From Kiritimatiellia bacterium (GTDB taxonomy: Bacteria; Verrucomicrobiota; Kiritimatiellia; JAAZAB01), in assembly GCA_040767085.1 (NCBI GenBank), contig JAXGPF010000007.1, positions 192,001-256,000 of the forward strand: a stretch of 64,000 nucleotides of DNA, in the 5' to 3' direction. A program made the position numbers and the translations under genes. Below are positions 28,546 through 38,801 of the stretch, one piece after another (the first letter of the stretch is position 1; every line of letters starts with the position of its first letter). The notes below the pieces were generated by a model that had not been told where the DNA came from, ran no database searches, and worked only from the letters and a program-made list of their open reading frames with translations.

Positions 28546-31500
28546 TTAAGGTTCAAATTCCGTCGGCTCGGCGCCCTGCTCAAATTGGACTGCGTCAATC
28601 CACACCGGCCCGTTGATCACCGACAATCCATATCCATTGTGCCGCGGGGCGTTCGCCGGCATAATCACCGGCACACGGTAACGTTTCCATTCCCGGGTAA
28701 TTTTCAACAACGTTTTTTTATTATCAACGTCCATGAAATCAATTTTGACAAGCGCCTCATCGCTATCCGCGCGCATCCAAGCCGACCATACATACGGTGT
28801 CGGCCGATCATGTTGGGGAGACAATTCAAAATAGACATAACCCGAAGCCACTCTATATGAAACCTTGCCGTGGTATGGATTATTTTTATCCAGCGAGAAT
28901 TGGGCATTGACGCGCCCGGTGCGCTCGTCGGGATGGGTCGCCCCGCAATGCGACCCAAGCCACCAATAATCGGGATAATCCGGCAAGGACGCTTCTTCAA
29001 AACTTGGATTGGGCATGATATTGCGTTTGCCGGGACGTCCCGTGCGCGGAGTCGCTGATTCCGGCTGCCAGGCGTCAAGATGCGCTTGGGCGGCAACGAC
29101 GATATCCACAGGTTTGCCGCTTTCCGGCGCGGACAGCAAGTAAGCCCGCGTGGCATACGGATCCAGTTTTTCCTGGAACGCGCCGTTTTCCAGCGCAAGG
29201 CTTCCCCCGCCGAACATGCGTTTTACCGGGCTGTGCAAACCGGGTAAATGGACTGTGAAAACAGCGGTCACCGGCCAGGGTTGACTGTTGGCCGCCAGCA
29301 GCACATATCCACCCGAAGGATTGCGCCGCAATAGCGCCTGCACATCCGGCATGATTTCCCTGCCGGGATCAAAACCGGCTGGCGCATACGTTATGCGTTG
29401 CGCCGGCAGCGGGGTCGTGAGGGCCGGATTCAAAGCGCGCAGTTCACTGCCAATTGTTTTCATCATATCCCACATAACCTGATGCTGTGACGGATAAACG
29501 AAATAAAACAGTCCGCTGGCCTGATGGATTATTGCCAGCCAGGATTGCGCCTTTTGTTCGGCGGGTAAATGGGGGCGCTTGTAATGGCCGCTGTACATTT
29601 CCAATATGGGAGTTATCCACACCGGTTTGCGTTCCTTCTCGCCACGCATGGTCAAAAGCGCCGTTTGCCCGGCGGCATAATTGGGCGAATTGCGAAAAGT
29701 GGTCACCGGAGGCGCCCAGTAAGGATCTATGGCGAGGATATCCGTCCAATCGGTGTATTTCGGGTCGGGCGGCGGGAATCCCCAAAGCACCCGCACAGGA
29801 TGATACCCATCCGTCTCATGAATCAGTTTATACAATTCCCGCCCCTGCACATACTGATCAAACCAGTGCTCGGCCATCGGCTCGTCAAAACCTTCGTACG
29901 CCATGAGCGCCGGATGATCCTTGACGGTCTCAATTCCCTGCCGGATCAACGGTTCGGCCTGACGGTAAACTTCAGCGAATATGCGCGATCTTTCCGCGCG
30001 CCCAGGCATTTTGATGACCTTGCCTTTCAATCCGGTGAAACCTCTGAAATGCAGGCCGGCAGGCAGGTTTGTGGGAACGAAGTCCGGGGTTTCGGAAAAA
30101 CCGTCAACCGTCACGCACATGCGGAGATTGTGCCTCGCAGCCATGTCCAGCGCATGCAAGGTGCCGGTGGGCGAGTTATCTTTTGCCGCCCAGTACATTA
30201 TTGCGTTGAATCCGGCCGCGGCTATCTCGCTGAAGTTTTCCTCGTTGTATACGCCCGGATTCCAGCCGCCCATCAGTATGCCGTATATGAATTGCGGCCG
30301 GCCATCATGAAGAACCATGCGGTTGATCCGGTCAATCTTCCATTCCCGGCCGGGCTTCGGCACGCGCTTGATCAATTCAAGCTGCTGTTCGGAAATCAAA
30401 CCGCCGTCCGCCTGCCGATGCGTCACTGTCAGACCGTGCCGGCCCACCGGAACATTATTCAGCGGCACCGGCACTTGCGTCAGCGACTGCGCCGCAGGCG
30501 ATTCGCCCCACACCCGCCCATCCTTGCCGGCAACCTGCAACATACTGCCGGCCAGGCCTTTTTCCGGCAATCCTGTTTCACAGATTAGATAAGCGACATC
30601 CTCCGTCGTGTAATAATTTTTATCCATATATGCTTTGAATAAATCCAGCGCGGGAGGATTTTCGATCAACAACCGTGACAACAATTCTCCGGATTGCTCC
30701 GAGAGCATTTCCACTCTGATCGAGCGCTGTCGCACCGAATTCACCGGCACCGCCACAGTGATTTCCTTCGAGGCATTACCCGGCAATTCGAGCGCAAGAT
30801 TGGTTGTCACGCCGCCGGCGCCGGCGGGCTCGTCCCGCACGCGAATAATCACCCTGCCGTCCCGGCTGCTTGAGTTACGCGCTGCCATCGCAACATCATA
30901 AAAATACTTCTTGCCTTCCGCCCGATACGCGCTCACTTGCGCCGATTCCAGCAGCGGTAGAAACGGCGCCTTGAAAACAGCGTCAGCCAACCCGGTCACC
31001 CGTCCGAATAGTTCCGGCATTCGCCACCAGTCGGAACCAACCGGCGCCCAACTGTAAACAGTGCATTCCTGATTGATTTCCACGCCATAGGGGTCCAATA
31101 CCGGCTCAAACACGTGCGCCAGCAGGTTCATACGCGCCTTAACCGGATCGCCCATTTCCATAACAACGGCAAAAGGAATCCCCAGTTCCGCCTGCCAGCC
31201 GGTTTCCGTGATGTGCGCGGCGGAACGCAATGGGCAATCCCACCCCATGTCAATTGATTCGTTTAGATTCCGCTGATCCGAAATTACGTTGCCGGCGCTC
31301 AGCCGGATATGATACCAGAGTTTGCCGGATGTACCGGGATCGAACGTAACCTTGACGCAATTCTCGCGTTGCACCCGGATCGAGTTGGAATCCCGCTGCA
31401 CCGCCTTGGGCACAATTGTCGCAGGCTGCGGATGGCGGACATCGAACCCCAAGAACAGCCAGGCATCGTCCCGCATCACCTTGGCGGTAATATTATCTGA

Positions 31501-31716
31501 TATTTGACCCTGGTTGCGTCCACGGATTACATGGAAATCCGTCAATACCGCCGCCGCCTGCCACGCCGGATCGTCCAGATTTCCGTCCATGACAGGATTG
31601 GATTTACATACGGGGATAGCCAAAGAAGGTGATGCGGAATCACCCGCGTTCGCAATCATTGTCCACGAACCGGCCAAGATAATCAACTGAACTGCTGCAA
31701 TAATATTTTTGCGCAT
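28546..31716 (-). CDS. secreted multidomain glycoside-hydrolase-like protein (CBM9-like N-term, TIM barrel, CBM4/9-like C-term)
   Basis: PVMDGNLDDPAW, GWQAELGIPF; AAAGFNAI, DHPALMAYEGFDEP, DILAIDPY; NPSFEE...WIDAVQFE. Confidence 0.78.
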   Translation of the reverse strand: MRKNIIAAVQLIILAGSWTMIANAGDSASPSLAIPVCKSNPVMDGNLDDPAWQAAAVLTDFHVIRGRNQGQISDNITAKVMRDDAWLFLGFDVRHPQPATIVPKAVQRDSNSIRVQRENCVKVTFDPGTSGKLWYHIRLSAGNVISDQRNLNESIDMGWDCPLRSAAHITETGWQAELGIPFAVVMEMGDPVKARMNLLAHVFEPVLDPYGVEINQECTVYSWAPVGSDWWRMPELFGRVTGLADAVFKAPFLPLLESAQVSAYRAEGKKYFYDVAMAARNSSSRDGRVIIRVRDEPAGAGGVTTNLALELPGNASKEITVAVPVNSVRQRSIRVEMLSEQSGELLSRLLIENPPALDLFKAYMDKNYYTTEDVAYLICETGLPEKGLAGSMLQVAGKDGRVWGESPAAQSLTQVPVPLNNVPVGRHGLTVTHRQADGGLISEQQLELIKRVPKPGREWKIDRINRMVLHDGRPQFIYGILMGGWNPGVYNEENFSEIAAAGFNAIMYWAAKDNSPTGTLHALDMAARHNLRMCVTVDGFSETPDFVPTNLPAGLHFRGFTGLKGKVIKMPGRAERSRIFAEVYRQAEPLIRQGIETVKDHPALMAYEGFDEPMAEHWFDQYVQGRELYKLIHETDGYHPVRVLWGFPPPDPKYTDWTDILAIDPYWAPPVTTFRNSPNYAAGQTALLTMRGEKERKPVWITPILEMYSGHYKRPHLPAEQKAQSWLAIIHQASGLFYFVYPSQHQVMWDMMKTIGSELRALNPALTTPLPAQRITYAPAGFDPGREIMPDVQALLRRNPSGGYVLLAANSQPWPVTAVFTVHLPGLHSPVKRMFGGGSLALENGAFQEKLDPYATRAYLLSAPESGKPVDIVVAAQAHLDAWQPESATPRTGRPGKRNIMPNPSFEEASLPDYPDYWWLGSHCGATHPDERTGRVNAQFSLDKNNPYHGKVSYRVASGYVYFELSPQHDRPTPYVWSAWMRADSDEALVKIDFMDVDNKKTLLKITREWKRYRVPVIMPANAPRHNGYGLSVINGPVWIDAVQFEQGAEPTEFEP

Positions 31717-32060
31717 GTAATGTCCTTTAAATTACCCTGAATCCGTGACGGGCAAGCCCGTCAACTATTATTTCTCCGGAATTTTGTTTTTCCATCAGCC
31801 ACCGCCGGATATTCGATGGCCAACTTCTCAATTCTACGCTACCACCATAATGATTTGTGCGTTTTGTCAGATTACCAACCCTGATGATGATTGTCGACAT
31901 ATATGATGATTGCCTTATTTCAGTTAACATGCGCGCACAGCCGGCACAATTAACAACGGATATTTTGGAAATTGCGCATAGCTCTCGCGGTTTGCCGGTC
32001 ATATTGCGCGGCGTAAAATCATGGCGATCTGTTGTTTTTGTCGTTTTCCTCGAAACGCGG

Positions 32061-33992
32061 TCAAGATTCTGAAGTCAACCAGCCAAATTTTTCGATTTCA
32101 TACAGAGAGGAATCCAACGCGGAGCAACCCCTTGTCAGCCTGGCCCAGGTATGCGGGAACAGGCTTTCGTTACGGACAAACCGGACCACATTCAGGCGCC
32201 AGTTTATATCGGATTTGAATTTTACCGGCAAACAATCGAAAGGAATTTCAACCGTCCCGCGCCACAGGCCATTATCAACGCCCGACAAAACCCGCCATTC
32301 GGTCTCGTATATCCATTCATCGCCATTTTGCCGGTTTTTCGCAAGATTAATTGTTTTCGCGGCCTTGACGCCCCTGGCGTTAAAGGAGAACTGGCAACAT
32401 ACCGCCGGATTATTTTCCGGGCTCAGCATGATCGCGACACTGTCATCCAGTTCGCCGAAATGCTTGCTCCAGCGCTGATGCTCGATCAAGGCCGGGCCGA
32501 CCCGGAAATCAGCTTTAAGCTCGCGCATATCGCGTTCCGCGCAAAGAATGCCGATATAAAGGCGGTCTTTGCCCAATACGGCCTTGACGGCCGTCTCGGC
32601 AATCGCCGGACGATTGCCGATCGTGACAAACCCGGTGGAATACATGCCGGGCTTCCATTGGCCGGCGACGGTTTCCAGGTTGTCGGCATCCGGAGCAAGC
32701 CGTTCGGCGGCGATTACCGGACGGCCATCCTGTTCCCGGCGTTCGCGCCGGATTTCACCCGGCAGCCGCGCAAAATATTGCGCGGCTTTTTCACAATGAA
32801 ATTTCCAAAGCAAGTTGAAAGGCTCGTCAATCAATGCCAAATACCGTTCACGGGCATTGGGCGCTCTTTCGGCTTTTTCCAAGGTCGAATTTACATGGTT
32901 TTGATCCGATTCGGAAAGAACGGCAAGCACATCCGGATTCCCCATCAAATTGCGAACCCGGGCGATCACGCCGCGGGCATTCCGATACGCTTCCATGAAT
33001 CCCACACCGGCGTATTTCCCGCGGGCATAAGCCCAGGCCGCCGGCGGCGAACCATTATAAGTAAAAGACCCGTGGTCGAGGGCAAGCTTGTCAAATGCCA
33101 GTTGAATCATTTCCACCGCCGGCAACTGCTGATAAAATTCCAAACCGAGCGTCCGCAGAAGATTGAGTTCTACCATCCCGGCCATGATGTTTTCCGCCGG
33201 CTTTAAATCATCCGGCACAACGTGGCAGTTGCCGGCGCCTTCCGGATCATAACCGCGGCAGGTCGGACACAACATGCAATGTTCCGGCACCAGCATGACC
33301 GGAATATCGGGCCGGCGCCGCATGGCCACGCCCACTTCATACATGCTGTCTCCCGTATAAATCTCTCCGCGCATCATTTCGGAACAACGTCCGAAATAAG
33401 CTATCACAAAGAGCAAATGCTGGGGAAACAAGCGCAGACAATCGGCGGAATAAATTCTTTCGGCGAATTTACGCCGGATATCGGCAAGCTCGGAATCAGT
33501 CCGGCAGGCATTATGGCCGGGCAGAATTTGCGCCAGCAAGTCTTTTATCTTTGCGCGTCCACGCACATAATCCCCGTCCGTCACGCCGGTCAATCCGCGC
33601 CATGCCGGACCGGTGGGTGTCGAATAAACGCATATATTTTCAATGGAATGAATTTTACCGATAATGGCCTGCAGCGCTGCATATCCGGTAATCACCGGGC
33701 GCGCCACGAATTGCGATTCGGATTGATTGCGATTAATCCGGTAAATTATTTCCATATCCCAAAGCATTGATTGGGCCACTCCGCGGCAAGCGTCCGCGGC
33801 GCAGCCGTTGTATTTTTCGCCCCGGTAACAACAAAAACGCAGGCGAATTCTGGGATTATCCATGATCGCCTTGAGAATACCGGTCAGACGTTTTTCGCCC
33901 AGATCCTCAACCTTCCGCCCGGCACCCAGCCGGGCAATGATTGCAATCAGTTCATGGGGCCGCACCGCAATCCCTGTATTATTTTTTATCAC
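32061..33992 (-). CDS. tandem DUF1284-like Cys/His protein fused to CBM9-like domain
   Basis: RPHEL / FPQHLL repeats, PDIPV..HCMLCPTC; C-terminal LYIGILCAE...DDSVAI...WRGTVEIPF...WRLNVVR; start uncertain. Confidence 0.6.
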   Translation of the reverse strand: MIKNNTGIAVRPHELIAIIARLGAGRKVEDLGEKRLTGILKAIMDNPRIRLRFCCYRGEKYNGCAADACRGVAQSMLWDMEIIYRINRNQSESQFVARPVITGYAALQAIIGKIHSIENICVYSTPTGPAWRGLTGVTDGDYVRGRAKIKDLLAQILPGHNACRTDSELADIRRKFAERIYSADCLRLFPQHLLFVIAYFGRCSEMMRGEIYTGDSMYEVGVAMRRRPDIPVMLVPEHCMLCPTCRGYDPEGAGNCHVVPDDLKPAENIMAGMVELNLLRTLGLEFYQQLPAVEMIQLAFDKLALDHGSFTYNGSPPAAWAYARGKYAGVGFMEAYRNARGVIARVRNLMGNPDVLAVLSESDQNHVNSTLEKAERAPNARERYLALIDEPFNLLWKFHCEKAAQYFARLPGEIRRERREQDGRPVIAAERLAPDADNLETVAGQWKPGMYSTGFVTIGNRPAIAETAVKAVLGKDRLYIGILCAERDMRELKADFRVGPALIEHQRWSKHFGELDDSVAIMLSPENNPAVCCQFSFNARGVKAAKTINLAKNRQNGDEWIYETEWRVLSGVDNGLWRGTVEIPFDCLPVKFKSDINWRLNVVRFVRNESLFPHTWARLTRGCSALDSSLYEIEKFGWLTSES

Positions 33993-34397
33993 AACATATT
34001 ACCATCTTATTCAAGGCGGACATATGCCCGCCATCCAATTGTTATCGAAACCGGCATCGTTCCCGATCCCGACCGCGATTTCAAGCCTGATGTTGATTTC
34101 GAATAAATTTGCGATCAGATCGCTTTTTGCATCTGATGGACGGGGGCATGGATGATTGTCATCATTTTTTGAGAATAAATCCTAAAACAAACCCGTGAAA
34201 ACGCAACCGGTATTTTCGGGTTTCATCCGGCGATTTTCGGGCGGGGCTGATGGTTGCCATATTTGCTGCAAGGCACCGCCATAAAACACCTTCGCCTTGC
34301 CCTTTTCAAGCGCCGGGAACCGACGGGAATAACGCAACTGTCAGCGGGAGGGCGCGTAGCGCCATCCATTATAATATCTGGTTCGGAATTCATTTTA

Positions 34398-34486
34398 TAA
34401 TTCGGGAAACATGAAATCAGGAATAGATTGTTCTGGATTTTGTTGCCTGATATGCTCCACCTTCATGCCTTCCTGAGTTCCTTATT
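34398..34486. repeat. inverted arms of 8-bp periodic units
   Basis: TTCGGGAA-ACATGAAA-TCAGGAAT ... TTCATGCC-TTCCTGAG-TTCCTTAT. Confidence 0.55.
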
Positions 34487-34534
34487 GGATCAATCTCAGA
34501 TCTGAATCAAATCGGATTTCCGGATTCCCGAACC

Positions 34535-34563
34535 TTGACATATTCAGGCGTAAGCCGTAGCAT
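34535..34563 (+). promoter_or_regulatory. candidate sigma70 promoter of AraC gene
   Basis: TTGACA-17 nt-TAGCAT, 60 nt upstream of ATG 34624. Confidence 0.55.
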
Positions 34564-34623
34564 TTTAACTTATGGCACGTTAGCGCCTAAAACAACAGTA
34601 ACTGCCCAAAATAACAAGAAAAA

Positions 34624-35469
34624 ATGAATGCTTTGCGTCATGCCTGGCCGCGGTCGAAAATCAGGCGGCGCATAAAACCATATATAATCGCCAGCCCATT
34701 CGGTTTGCGCTCGGCGGGATACGAATGCCTGCCGCCAGATTATGGACGCGATCTTGAGTCCACGCCGGCTGATTTCACCGCCTTGTGCATTCCGGCGAAA
34801 GGCCAGCTATGCGTGGACATCAACGGCAAAACCCATGAAGTCCGACCCGGCCATTTAATCATCATTACCGAAGGCACAGCGCGCAGAATTTTCACCAAAT
34901 GCGAAGGCGTAAAGTATTTTCTCGCCAGTTACACCGGCGCGGCCGCGCCGTTCCTGACCGCGGGATTCAACATCCCCGTCAACCGCCCCTTCCAGTTCCG
35001 GCATTCCCTGCAAGCGCATCTGAACAAATTCAAACGGGACATCAGGAATCCCGGACTGGCGGGCGAACACGCCGGAGTCCGGCATTTGATTGAAATGCTG
35101 ATATTCATCGCAAAACACGTCGGCAAAAGCGCCATATCCGCCGCCGGCTGCAATGAGGATGCCGCCATTGCGGCGCGCGCCATAGCGACAATCCAGATGT
35201 GCTGGCGCGAAAAATCATTTGGCGTGGCACAACTGGCGGAAATGGTCGGAGTTAACACCAAAACTCTTTACATCCATTTCAAGGCCGAAACCGGCCTGGC
35301 CCCGAAGGAATATATTGATCAATACCGGCTGCAGCACGTGCTAAACATGCTGCAAACGCGCGCAAAAATCCAGGATATAGCCGGCGCCGCCGGTTTCGGC
35401 TCATCCGGATATCTGGCCAAATTTTTCAAACGCAAGATGGGAGTCGCGCCGGCCAATTACCACGGATGA
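34624..35469 (+). CDS. AraC family transcriptional regulator
   Basis: Cupin-like N-term; FKAETGLAPKEY...IQDIAGAAGFGSSGYLAKFFKRKMGVAP. Confidence 0.9.
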   Translation: MNALRHAWPRSKIRRRIKPYIIASPFGLRSAGYECLPPDYGRDLESTPADFTALCIPAKGQLCVDINGKTHEVRPGHLIIITEGTARRIFTKCEGVKYFLASYTGAAAPFLTAGFNIPVNRPFQFRHSLQAHLNKFKRDIRNPGLAGEHAGVRHLIEMLIFIAKHVGKSAISAAGCNEDAAIAARAIATIQMCWREKSFGVAQLAEMVGVNTKTLYIHFKAETGLAPKEYIDQYRLQHVLNMLQTRAKIQDIAGAAGFGSSGYLAKFFKRKMGVAPANYHG

Positions 35470-35763
35470 GACACGCTTGCCCAAAGCGAGCGCAAAACCG
35501 CGAAAAACAATGCGGCATCCTGGCCGGATATCTGGCGCGGAAAGAAGCCGCGGCGCTGGCGGCCGTATTCACTTCGTCCGTCAGCCGCCGCCGCATCCGC
35601 CGGCGATGGGCCGGATTTTCCGCGGTTTCCAGGCGGCTTTCAAAAAACACCTCTTTCGCCATTCTTTCCAATTCGGCTTGGAATGTAGACTTTCATGTTA
35701 TTTGCATGCAGGAGTTCAGTTTCCCTGAGACCGAACAGGTCCGGCCGCATGCTATAATTTTGC

Positions 35764-37297
35764 GGCTCCTAACCAGAATTTGTGGGTAAAAAACAGGTTT
35801 TAAAGTTTAAGAAGTTCTCCAAGCAATGGCGCCAAAAGATGGTGGAGTTATTAACAGCCTGCCGCTTTGGGCGTTTGGCGGCCCCGCAGCAGCCTGATTA
35901 ATAACTCCTGATTGGCGCGATGGCGGAACGGAGATAAAGCGGCGGCAAAAAAATAGGCTGGCCTTTCCGTAATCCATTGCGTATGCAATGGGTGAACACA
36001 AAAAAAGGAGGACCAGCCCAAGGTGAAACTTAAAACAATTTTGAATCGTTTGCAACCTTTGAAACGTTTTATTTATCAGGAAACTTGTATGGTTTTGGAT
36101 CGTCGCGGCCAATGGAAAGTGGATATAAGCATTCGTCCGCATCGCCAACGCGCGGCATGCTGCTCGCGTTGCGGGCGACCGCTGGCGACATACGACACTC
36201 TGCCTGAACGGATATGGGCGTTTGTGCCCATTTTGAATGTGCCGGCTTTTTTGCATTATAGTCCGCGCCGGGTAAATTGCCCCGAACATGGCGTGGTGGT
36301 GGAAGCGCTGCCTTGGAGCGATGGCAAACGACCCTACAGCAAGGCGCTGATGCTTTTTTTGGGGAACTGGGCGCGGAGGTTGTCCTGGAAAGAGACGGCG
36401 CTGATTTTCAAAGTCAGTTGGCAGGCGGTTTATCGGTCGGTCGAGTGGATGGTGGAATGGGGCTTGGCGCACCGGGAATTGGCCAATATAACGGCGATTG
36501 GTGTTGATGAACTCCACGTAGGCAACGGTAAAAAGAGCAAGAACTATCTGACCTTGATCTATCAGATTGATGCGCAATGCCGCCGATTGCTCTGGGTCGG
36601 CCAAACCCGCCGGGCGGCCGCGCTGCGTAAAGGGTTGCAATCTTTGGGAAAACCCGTGCTGGCCGGCATTCGACATATATGTAGCGATATGTGGCGACCT
36701 TATCTGAAAGTCATTGCTGCGAGCCTCAGCCACGGTTGCCACATGATTGACCGCTTCCATGTCGTGCAAACCTTGAATGCCGCCGTGGACGAGGTCCGGC
36801 GCCGGGATATGGCGGCGATGACAGCGCGTCCGGCGGCCAAGCAAAAACTCAAGAAAATGCGCTGGACCTTGCTGCGCCGCAAAACCCGCGTGCGCGGCAA
36901 AGCTCGCGAAATGCTTGATCGGATATTGGGCACAAGACTGCAAACCGGCCGCGCCTATTTGTTCAAGGAAAGCTTTCAGCATTTTTGGAGCTATCACAGC
37001 CCAACCTGGGCGCGTAATTATCTCCAGGCATGGGTCAAGCGCGCCTGTCGTAGCCGCATTGCGCCAATCATTAAGGCGGCTAAAACCATTGCTAAACACG
37101 AGGAGCTGCTTTTGAACTGGATCAGAGCCAGAAACGAGGTTTTTACTGGCGCAACCGAGGGCTTGAACAATAAAGCTCGAGTGGTTACCAAACGATCTTA
37201 TGGCTTCAGAACTTTTCATGGCGCGGAAATGGCGCTATATCATACCCTTGGGCAATTGCCCGAACCGGTAATCACCCACAAATTCTGGTGAGGAAAC
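35764..37297 (+). mobile_element. ISL3-family insertion sequence, 8-bp TSD
   Basis: IRs GGCTCCTAACCAGAATTTGTGGGT / ACCCACAAATTCTGGTGAGGAAAC; AATTTTGC at 35756-35763 and 37298-37305. Confidence 0.95.
36023..37291 (+). CDS. ISL3 family transposase
   Basis: CSRC..RVNCPEHG zinc finger, IGVDE, SDMW, DRFHVV, EGLNNK..KRSYGFR; GGAGG RBS before GTG. Confidence 0.95.
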   Translation: MKLKTILNRLQPLKRFIYQETCMVLDRRGQWKVDISIRPHRQRAACCSRCGRPLATYDTLPERIWAFVPILNVPAFLHYSPRRVNCPEHGVVVEALPWSDGKRPYSKALMLFLGNWARRLSWKETALIFKVSWQAVYRSVEWMVEWGLAHRELANITAIGVDELHVGNGKKSKNYLTLIYQIDAQCRRLLWVGQTRRAAALRKGLQSLGKPVLAGIRHICSDMWRPYLKVIAASLSHGCHMIDRFHVVQTLNAAVDEVRRRDMAAMTARPAAKQKLKKMRWTLLRRKTRVRGKAREMLDRILGTRLQTGRAYLFKESFQHFWSYHSPTWARNYLQAWVKRACRSRIAPIIKAAKTIAKHEELLLNWIRARNEVFTGATEGLNNKARVVTKRSYGFRTFHGAEMALYHTLGQLPEPVITHKFW

Positions 37298-37311
37298 AAT
37301 TTTGCGAACAT

Positions 37312-37334
37312 AAATAAACCGGCTTCCAACCGGC
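37312..37334 (-). terminator. probable intrinsic terminator after lptF-like gene
   Basis: Minus strand GCCGGTT-GGA-AGCCGGT followed by TTATTT directly after stop. Confidence 0.5.
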
Positions 37335-38801
37335 TCAGGCGGGCCGGCGGTGCAGCAGGGCAAATCCAATGGCTTCCGAGATCACGAACGGAATCCAGAC
37401 GATCAAGTGGGGATAAAACTGCGGATGGGAGACCATCGAATCGGCGAGGATGATGAAAAAGTAGAAGACAAAGACCAGCACCAGCGACAGCGCAATGCCG
37501 ATGGACGATTCGCGGCGGTGAATCCGGATGCCCAGCGCGGCGCCGAGCAACACGAACGCGAAACAGGAAAACGATAATCCCAGCCGGGTGCTGGCTTCCA
37601 CCATCAGCGACGTACGGTAGGTCTGGAAGTCGTCATCGTCCAGGTTGGAGAGGTAATGCCGCTCCAGCAGCCCGGGTAAGAGTTGTTCCAGCAGCATGCG
37701 GTTCAAGCGCATCAAGTCCGCGCCGCGCGGCTGGCGCGCCAGCAATTCCCGGGCGCGGCGATCCAGATTCACGCCCTTGAACAAGGCGGGGCTGTAAAGG
37801 GACGGACCGGCCAGCAAACGGTTGAAATCATCCATCAGCCCCGGCAGGACCTCGTCCCAATTTTTCCCGGCGCCGGCCTCTTCCAGGCGCCGCAGGGTGG
37901 CTGGCGCCAGCACACGCGCGGCAGCGCTCTTGAGCGGCGCCTGGCCAAGCCGGCGCGCCAGTCCCGGCAAATCGGTGAAATCCTCCGGGCGAAAGCGCAA
38001 ATCGCCGTCCAGGGAATCGAACACCTCGGCCATGGAGAGGTCGGCGCGTTTTTTGTGAACCACGTCTTTGCTCATCAATTCGGCGACATCGAACTCCACC
38101 GGGTACTCCTCGGCGCTGACCCGACGGACCAGGCTGAGGTTTTCGGGTTGATGATCGTCAGCCTGCTCGATCCGCACTTGGCGCAGGTTGACCACCACGC
38201 GCCCGGGGAGATTGGACGGCGTGCTGATTTCGCCGGCGGCGGCGCGGACCGTCTGGCGGGCGCCCTGTTTGCCGAATTCGTAGAGCACGACGTCGTAAAT
38301 TTTACGGCCGTCTTTCCGCCCGATGTAAATGGTATAGCCCGGAAAGTCGCGGATGAACCGGCCTTCATCCAGAAAATTCAGCGGCGTTTCCACGCCCAGC
38401 TTGTTTTTCATCAACCGGCGGGCATAATGGCTGGCCGGGGCTAACTCGCTATTGATATACACGCACAACAAGCACAGCAAGGCGGAAATGGCAATCGGCG
38501 GCTGGATGATCTGCCAGACACTGACCCCGCAAGCCTGCATGGCCAGGATTTCGCGGTCGCTGGCCATGCGGCTGAAATTGAGGAAGGCCGCCGCCAGCAC
38601 GCTCATGGGAATGGCGAAAATCAGCGAAAACGGCATGCCGTAGGAAAAGAGCTGCAGAATCAGCCGGCCGGAGATGCCCCGCGAAAGCAAGTCAATCAAA
38701 CGGAAAACGTTCACCAGGGCCATCACGAACAGAAAGACTAACAGGGTGATGGCGAAACTTACCAGGAAATCGCGGGTAATATAACGATAGAGGATGCGCA
38801 T
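37335..38801 (-). CDS. lptF: LptF/LptG family LPS export permease with internal insertion
   Basis: [37 protein letters not shown]-terminal TM helices. Confidence 0.85.
   Translation of the reverse strand: MRILYRYITRDFLVSFAITLLVFLFVMALVNVFRLIDLLSRGISGRLILQLFSYGMPFSLIFAIPMSVLAAAFLNFSRMASDREILAMQACGVSVWQIIQPPIAISALLCLLCVYINSELAPASHYARRLMKNKLGVETPLNFLDEGRFIRDFPGYTIYIGRKDGRKIYDVVLYEFGKQGARQTVRAAAGEISTPSNLPGRVVVNLRQVRIEQADDHQPENLSLVRRVSAEEYPVEFDVAELMSKDVVHKKRADLSMAEVFDSLDGDLRFRPEDFTDLPGLARRLGQAPLKSAAARVLAPATLRRLEEAGAGKNWDEVLPGLMDDFNRLLAGPSLYSPALFKGVNLDRRARELLARQPRGADLMRLNRMLLEQLLPGLLERHYLSNLDDDDFQTYRTSLMVEASTRLGLSFSCFAFVLLGAALGIRIHRRESSIGIALSLVLVFVFYFFIILADSMVSHPQFYPHLIVWIPFVISEAIGFALLHRRPA

Noticed and set aside
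35426-35789. Small ORFs between AraC and ISL3
   Set aside because: No recognisable family, RBS or consistent frame
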